Source of the DNA: Escherichia coli
GTDB lineage: Bacteria > Pseudomonadota > Gammaproteobacteria > Enterobacterales > Enterobacteriaceae
DNA: 3,174 nucleotides
Assembly: GCF_024298765.1 (NCBI RefSeq)
Contig: NZ_CP101217.1
Strand: one strand, 5' to 3'
Positions 1 through 3,174 of the stretch are shown in pieces. The notes beneath the pieces were generated by a model. That model was not told where the DNA came from, ran no database searches, and was given only the letters and a program-made list of their open reading frames with translations. Position 1 is the first letter of the stretch; each line of letters starts with the position of its first letter. The position numbers and the translations under genes were made by a program.

Positions 1-164
1 CGACGCGCCCCGTGATCGATGGCCTTGGCTCCGTCCGGCATATCGAGAGCGGCAAACTACCCGTCCCTTCACTGGGAGGGGTGAGTTGTTGCCGTTCCCT
101 CCGACCTTCCACCATCCAGCATATCGCACGATCCCATGAGCACCGCAACAACTGATAACTCCAG

Positions 165-266
165 AGCAAAAAAAAAAAAAGGATCTGCATCATGTGAGAG
201 TGATCCCACCGCTCGCCGCAGCCCCAGCGACCGAACGTAGTGAGCGAGTGGGCGAGGAAGCGGAAG
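165..266 (+). other. ColE1/pMB1-like origin-proximal segment (A13 tract plus conserved downstream block)
   Basis: A13 homopolymer at 168-180. Block 208-266 ACCGCTCGCCGCAGCC...GTGAGCGAG...GCGAGGAAGCGGAAG closely resembles the pBR322/pUC segment ACCGCTCGCCGCAGCCGAACGACCGAGCGCAGCGAGTCAGTGAGCGAGGAAGCGGAAG (recalled), which lies just downstream of the ColE1-type replication origin on the RNAII-sense strand, in the region of the primosome assembly sites. Confidence 0.35.
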
Positions 267-379
267 TGAACCGGAAACCACATTGAGCACGTACGCACCT
301 ATGCCAGATCCGCGCGTAGCGCGTCGCGAAATCGAAAACATTGAACACCGGCAGGCAAACGCACCACCACGCAGCGGAA

Positions 380-775
380 TTAATGATGATCTGGGCTTGT
401 TTCAAGATCGAGCCTGATTGCCTTAAGTTTCTGTAATATATTGTCTTTTGGGTATCTCAGTTCGCCTGTTTTTGTGTCCACTAGTCCGGCCTCGATCAGT
501 AACCCCGCCGCAAGAAACAGGCGGTGATTGCGTTCCCGTCGTTGTGTTTTCCCCTCCATCCGTTTTTGGTTGGCCTGTTTGCGTGCGTTCTCCTGTGCCT
601 GTAGCTCGTTTTTTTCTGCGGTTGCCAGGACGTGGAGTAGTTTGCGCTCCTGTTCTGTTAGTCCGGCTTCGTTATCGAGCAGGTCAATGATCTGCCTCTG
701 TCGTGCGGTCTGTTCTCCGAGCTTCCTGATAAAGCCGATTCGTTTCTTCAACCAGTCGATGTTGCTGATGCGCAT
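380..775 (-). CDS. mobC: MobC-like relaxosome accessory protein (131 aa)
   Basis: Minus-strand ORF, ATG at 775-773, stop TAA (complement of 380-382). AGGGAG Shine-Dalgarno on the minus strand about 10 nt upstream of the ATG. Divergent from the relaxase gene across the oriT region, as in IncQ mobC-oriT-mobA. The motif KTQRRERNHRLFLAAGLLIEAGL resembles the RSF1010 MobC motif as recalled (ERKNETRRKVLVGAMILAKV). The six-frame track extends the ORF to a GTG at 895 (171 aa), which would run through the oriT palindrome; the ATG at 775 with its RBS is preferred. Confidence 0.7.
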   Translation of the reverse strand: MRISNIDWLKKRIGFIRKLGEQTARQRQIIDLLDNEAGLTEQERKLLHVLATAEKNELQAQENARKQANQKRMEGKTQRRERNHRLFLAAGLLIEAGLVDTKTGELRYPKDNILQKLKAIRLDLETSPDHH

Positions 776-799
776 GTTTGGGATGCTCCCTGGTGTTTT

Positions 800-850
800 T
801 TGCGGTGTGTTGGGGTTGTGCAGTATATCGCTTGCGGTGGGTGGGTGCAG
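800..850. repeat. GT-rich direct repeats TTGCGGTG-N-GTGCAG (two copies) in the mobC-mobA intergenic region
   Basis: TTGCGGTG at 800-807 and 832-839, each followed by GTGCAG (818-823 and 845-850), 32-bp period. The plus strand here is strongly G+T skewed. Lies between the mobC start (775) and oriT. Confidence 0.4.
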
Positions 851-882
851 GGGGGTATCTTCCGTGCTAATTCGTAAAATTA

Positions 883-940
883 GCAGGAAGCGCACTTATA
901 TGTTTCTTCGCCGTTGGCTCAGAAACATGTGCGCTCCTGC
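883..940. other. oriT: origin of transfer (oriT), MOBQ/RSF1010-like, with candidate nic sites
   Basis: Inner inverted repeat ATGTTTCT (900-907) / AGAAACAT (921-928), with GCC/GGC pairing inside the spacer; compare RSF1010 arms CCAGTTTCTC/GAGAAACCGG (recalled). Outer imperfect inverted repeat GCAGGAAGCGCAC (883-895) / GTGCGCTCCTGC (929-940). Minus strand reads AGAAACAT-ATAAGTGCG|CTTCC (plus coordinates 898-886), matching the RSF1010 nic core TAAGTGCG|CCCT 8 of 8. Plus strand reads AGAAACAT-GTGCG|CTCCTGC (929-940), a shorter match. An additional small hairpin TGCTAATT/AATTAGCA lies at 865-885. Confidence 0.7.
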
Positions 941-954
941 GGAGGGCTAACACC

Positions 955-1908
955 GTGGCAACCTATCACCTCAATGTAAAATTTGGCGGCAAGGGACAGG
1001 CCGGAAACCATGCCGATTACATCGAACGCAAAGGCGAGTACGAGAAACGAAAAGATCTGGAATACTCAGAGCACGGGAATATGCCAGGCTGGGCGCGAGA
1101 TAATCCCTCCCATTTCTGGCAAGCGGCTGATCAGTTTGAACGTGCGAATGGTTCGACTTATCGGGAGATCGAAATCGCCTTGCCGCGTGAACTGACACCG
1201 GATCAGCGCATTGAACTGGTGCAGGATTTTGTGCGTCAGGTAGCTGGAGAACGGCACGCCTATAGCTTTGCCATTCACAATCCAAAAGCGAGCATTGACG
1301 GAGGGGAACAGCCTCATGCGCATATCATGATGAGCCAGCGTATTAACGATGGTATGGAACGTTCGCCGGAACAGTATTTCCGGCGTTATAACGCCAAGAA
1401 TCCCGAACGGGGAGGCGCAAAAAAAGATTCAGGCAATCTGACACCGACTCAGCAAAAAGAGCAATTGCGGACGTTACGGGCGAGCTGGTCAGCGTTACAG
1501 AACGAGCATTTAGCGCGTCATGGTCACAGGGTGCGCGTTGACCATCGCTCACTGGAAGAACGCGGAATTAAACGCACGCCAGAACGGCATTTCGGATTTG
1601 CCGCCTCATCACGGCTTGATCATGCGCAGCGCCGCGAAATCCTGCAAAACCGAGCGCAGCCGCTCGAACATTTTCTAGAGAAAGCGCATTCGGTTCGCCA
1701 TCAATTTGATGCACAAGTTCAGCAAAAAGAGTTAGTTAAAACGCTTTTACAGGACGTCGCACGGGAGCGAGGGCACGCGCTTACGGCAAGAATAAATAAA
1801 ACAGGTGAAGTTGAATTTGAACGTGCGCCAACGCGGACGCGGAGTAACACGCGAGGGCACGGCATGGGCATTCGTGACAACTCACGCGGGTACGACTACG
1901 AACGTTAA
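955..1908 (+). CDS. mobA: MobA relaxase, MOBQ family (317 aa, relaxase domain only)
   Basis: GTG start at 955 preceded by GGAGGG (941-946, 8-nt spacer); stop TAA 1906-1908. N-terminus MATYHLNVKF...HADYIERKGEY parallels RSF1010 MobA MAIYHL...ADYIQREGKY (recalled). Conserved motifs: ADYI (candidate catalytic Tyr22), REIEIALP, the His cluster H108...PH121AH123IMMSQRIND (candidate metal-binding triad), RYNAKNPERGGAKK, and VDHRSLEERGIKR. Confidence 0.9.
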   Translation: MATYHLNVKFGGKGQAGNHADYIERKGEYEKRKDLEYSEHGNMPGWARDNPSHFWQAADQFERANGSTYREIEIALPRELTPDQRIELVQDFVRQVAGERHAYSFAIHNPKASIDGGEQPHAHIMMSQRINDGMERSPEQYFRRYNAKNPERGGAKKDSGNLTPTQQKEQLRTLRASWSALQNEHLARHGHRVRVDHRSLEERGIKRTPERHFGFAASSRLDHAQRREILQNRAQPLEHFLEKAHSVRHQFDAQVQQKELVKTLLQDVARERGHALTARINKTGEVEFERAPTRTRSNTRGHGMGIRDNSRGYDYER

Positions 1909-1919
1909 AAGGGGACTGT

Positions 1920-2450
1920 ATGGCGAGTACAGAAGAGGGGTTGCTCACGCTCTTGTTGTCCGTTGAGCATTTGAAAAACACTGCGATAGAACAACAGAAA
2001 GCGGTTGCAGACACGCTGGCGGTCGCAAGGGAAACACTGCGGGGGTATCGGGATATTTCTGACAGTGTTGTAAAACAGGTTAGCGATGAAGTCAGAAAAG
2101 GGGTACAGAAAACGGACATTGCGGGGCTGATGGGTGAGCGCATGACCCAGGATTTTCAGCGTCTTGAAGAGACTGTGGCAAAGATGAGAGCCAACGCGGA
2201 GGCGCTTAACAAGGACATTGCGACAATTCATCACAATGTTGTTAAAGAATACAACACGCTCAATAAATACAGTCTGAAATGGTTTATCGGTGTTACGGTC
2301 AGTTTTCTGGTCATGTTCTCGTTGCTTGGCTGGTTTACCAAAACGTTGATCGACAGGAACTACACCGCGACGGAGGTCGTGTATCAGAAAATTGTTGATA
2401 TTGAAAAGAAACTGGACAAACCAGCAACAGGGAAGAGCCGGAAAAACTGA
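1920..2450 (+). CDS. mobilization-associated membrane protein, possibly MobB-like (176 aa; coiled-coil N-terminus, single C-terminal TM helix)
   Basis: ATG at 1920 lies 11 nt after the mobA stop, with AGGGGA RBS-like sequence at 1908-1913 (GGGGA centred about 8 nt upstream), implying operon coupling. Residues ~1-118 are charged and heptad-like (E/K/Q/A-rich). Hydrophobic segment WFIGVTVSFLVMFSLLGWF (aa 121-139, nt 2280-2336) is followed by a short basic tail. The antisense 200-aa ORF (1905-2507) has junk-like composition. Functional assignment is by position and by analogy with the membrane-associated MobB of IncQ plasmids, not by recognised sequence identity. Confidence 0.7.
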   Translation: MASTEEGLLTLLLSVEHLKNTAIEQQKAVADTLAVARETLRGYRDISDSVVKQVSDEVRKGVQKTDIAGLMGERMTQDFQRLEETVAKMRANAEALNKDIATIHHNVVKEYNTLNKYSLKWFIGVTVSFLVMFSLLGWFTKTLIDRNYTATEVVYQKIVDIEKKLDKPATGKSRKN

Positions 2451-2475
2451 CGCGCTTCGCTTGTCCAACGCCTCA

Positions 2476-2502
2476 CGGGACGCGAAAAAATTCCGCGTCC
2501 CG
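2476..2502 (+). terminator. candidate hairpin terminator downstream of the mobA operon
   Basis: 9-bp GC-rich stem CGGGACGCG (2476-2484) / CGCGTCCCG (2494-2502) with a 9-nt A-rich loop, 26 nt after the ORF stop. The downstream T-tract is interrupted (TTCACCGTTTTCT), so intrinsic-terminator assignment is weak; it could instead be a structured single-strand site. Confidence 0.35.
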
Positions 2503-2703
2503 TTCACCGTTTTCTGATGAGAAAGTTTGCCGTTTTGACCCGTTCGGTGCTCAGATTTGGCGAAATTGATTCCGAATCACTTTTGTGAATAGTTATGCAA
2601 GCCCCTGGAAACGTTTCTGACGCGTTTTTTGAGGTAGGGGTGGGGGAAAGCATGGTTTTTTGATGTTTTGAGCGTAAAAGCGTGAAAAATCGCGTTATTG
2701 TGC

Positions 2704-2732
2704 TTGCGATCTTTCGTCAGGGAGCGTAGAAC
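2704..2732 (+). promoter_or_regulatory. candidate sigma70 promoter for a plus-strand primer-like transcript (RNAII analogue)
   Basis: TTGCGA (2704-2709), 17-nt spacer, TAGAAC (2727-2732). It sits immediately upstream of an A-run plus hairpin (2734-2757), similar to how the ColE1 RNAII 5' end overlaps the RNAI terminator. Hexamers are only 4 of 6 matches to consensus. Confidence 0.2.
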
Positions 2733-2733
2733 G

Positions 2734-2757
2734 AAAAAAGCCCGCCGTTAGGCGAGC
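2734..2757 (-). terminator. rho-independent terminator, minus strand
   Basis: Minus-strand RNA would read GCUCGCC-UAAC-GGCGGGC followed by UUUUUU. 7-bp stem with one G-U wobble, which is a C-A mismatch in the plus-strand transcript, so the structure is strand-specific. The U6 tract corresponds to plus A2734-2739. Confidence 0.5.
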
Positions 2758-2860
2758 TTCTTCGGGTTCATTGAGGTTTTCGACCTCCTCAATGTTCCTG
2801 TGGAGTCTGTTGCGGCGACAACGGAAACCAGTTCATTCAGTTTGCATGAACCTTCTGTAT
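2734..2860 (-). ncRNA. candidate antisense regulatory RNA (RNAI-like), boundaries approximate
   Basis: Upstream of the minus-strand terminator (on that strand) are two more hairpins: CATTGAGG/CCTCAATG (2769-2794, 8-bp stem) and GTTCAT/ATGAAC (2831-2851, 6-bp stem). Three stem-loops ending in a terminator within ~120 nt resembles ColE1-type RNAI architecture. No confident promoter found; the 5' end is not defined. Overlapping ORFs in this region look non-coding. Confidence 0.25.
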
Positions 2861-3174
2861 TCTTCAAGCATTACCGACCGCACAGCCTCCCCAGAATCCC
2901 GAAAAAATCCTGTTTTTGCAGATGATTGCGTGTTTGCAAAGACCGTTTGCGGTTGGGGGAGCTGTGACGACGGCAACCGCACGCGTGAGAGTTCCGCTAC
3001 CGGCGCAGAGAGTTTCATCGACAGCGGACACCTGATGAGTTGCCACAAAAACCGTATGTAGCGCGGCTAGATTGGTTGAGTTAGACCTTGGCGGCAGTTC
3101 CCGGTATGTGGTGGCGTGACGGGTGAGATGGTGCGGCGAAGACGCATACGTCACGCAGGCGCGGGTTCTTCCAC

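Noticed and set aside
160-200. Resemblance of AGCAAAAAAAAAAAAAGGATCT to the pUC/ColE1 RNAII promoter-region complement (GCGCAGAAAAAAAGGATCTCAAG)
   Set aside because: Orientation and spacing relative to the conserved 208-266 block are inconsistent with the ColE1 layout, so this short match is probably coincidental. The A-tract is instead considered as a possible origin feature.
69-405. Minus-strand ORFs 69-341 and 190-405
   Set aside because: They overlap the A13 tract and the ColE1-like conserved block and the 3' end of mobC; no RBS and implausible composition.
448-950. Plus-strand ORFs 448-690 and 528-950, antisense to mobC and spanning oriT
   Set aside because: Cys, Arg and Ser-rich junk-like translations fully overlapping a better-supported gene and the oriT; no RBS.
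971-2143. Minus-strand ORFs 971-1285, 1066-1323, 1343-1552, 1781-2143 and plus-strand 983-1195 inside mobA
   Set aside because: All are embedded within or antisense to the relaxase gene, which has strong family-level support. No long alternative-frame ORF comparable to the IncQ overlapping mobB was found.
1905-2507. 200-aa minus-strand ORF antisense to the 176-aa membrane-protein gene
   Set aside because: Composition is typical of antisense translation (Cys, Phe, Arg, Asn-rich, no domain-like pattern) and there is no RBS. The plus-strand ORF has an RBS, operon coupling to mobA and coherent coiled-coil/TM organisation.
2771-3154. Three mutually overlapping ORFs (2771-3061 plus, 2833-3048 minus, 2864-3154 minus)
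   Set aside because: Non-ATG starts (TTG, TTG, GTG), no Shine-Dalgarno, low-complexity composition, and they overlap each other on both strands. The region is better explained as structured non-coding replicon sequence.
1-3174. CRISPR arrays, tRNA or rRNA genes, insertion-sequence ends, transposase or integrase genes
   Set aside because: No regularly spaced direct repeats, no cloverleaf-like or rRNA-like segments, no terminal inverted repeats flanking an ORF, and no recombinase-like ORF were seen.
1-3174. Xer (cer/dif-like) multimer resolution site
   Set aside because: Looked for GGTGCG...TTATGTTAAAT-type half-sites on both strands and found no convincing match. A dedicated motif scan would be needed to exclude a divergent site.

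Overview
This window reads as the backbone of a small mobilizable plasmid of an already well-known class, not as a new biological system. It carries a divergent MOBQ-type mobilization module: a MobC-like accessory gene on the minus strand (380-775), an intergenic oriT (about 865-946) whose hairpin and nic core resemble the RSF1010/R1162 oriT as I recall it, a compact 317-aa MobA relaxase (955-1908, GTG start), and a tightly coupled 176-aa coiled-coil protein with one C-terminal transmembrane helix (1920-2450). The remaining ~1.1 kb (2451-3174 and 1-379) has no convincing protein-coding ORF and no Rep gene. It contains a strand-specific intrinsic terminator on the minus strand with two hairpins upstream of it, an A13 tract, and a segment (208-266) resembling the ColE1/pMB1 origin-distal region. 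Together these suggest an RNA-primed, antisense-RNA-controlled (ColE1-like) replicon, possibly a complete ~3.2 kb circle, but that is inference from memory and cannot be verified here. All homology statements are recalled, not searched. The items most worth a second look are the palindromic oriT carrying the nic core on both strands, the uncharacterised membrane-anchored ORF after mobA, and the candidate antisense RNA.
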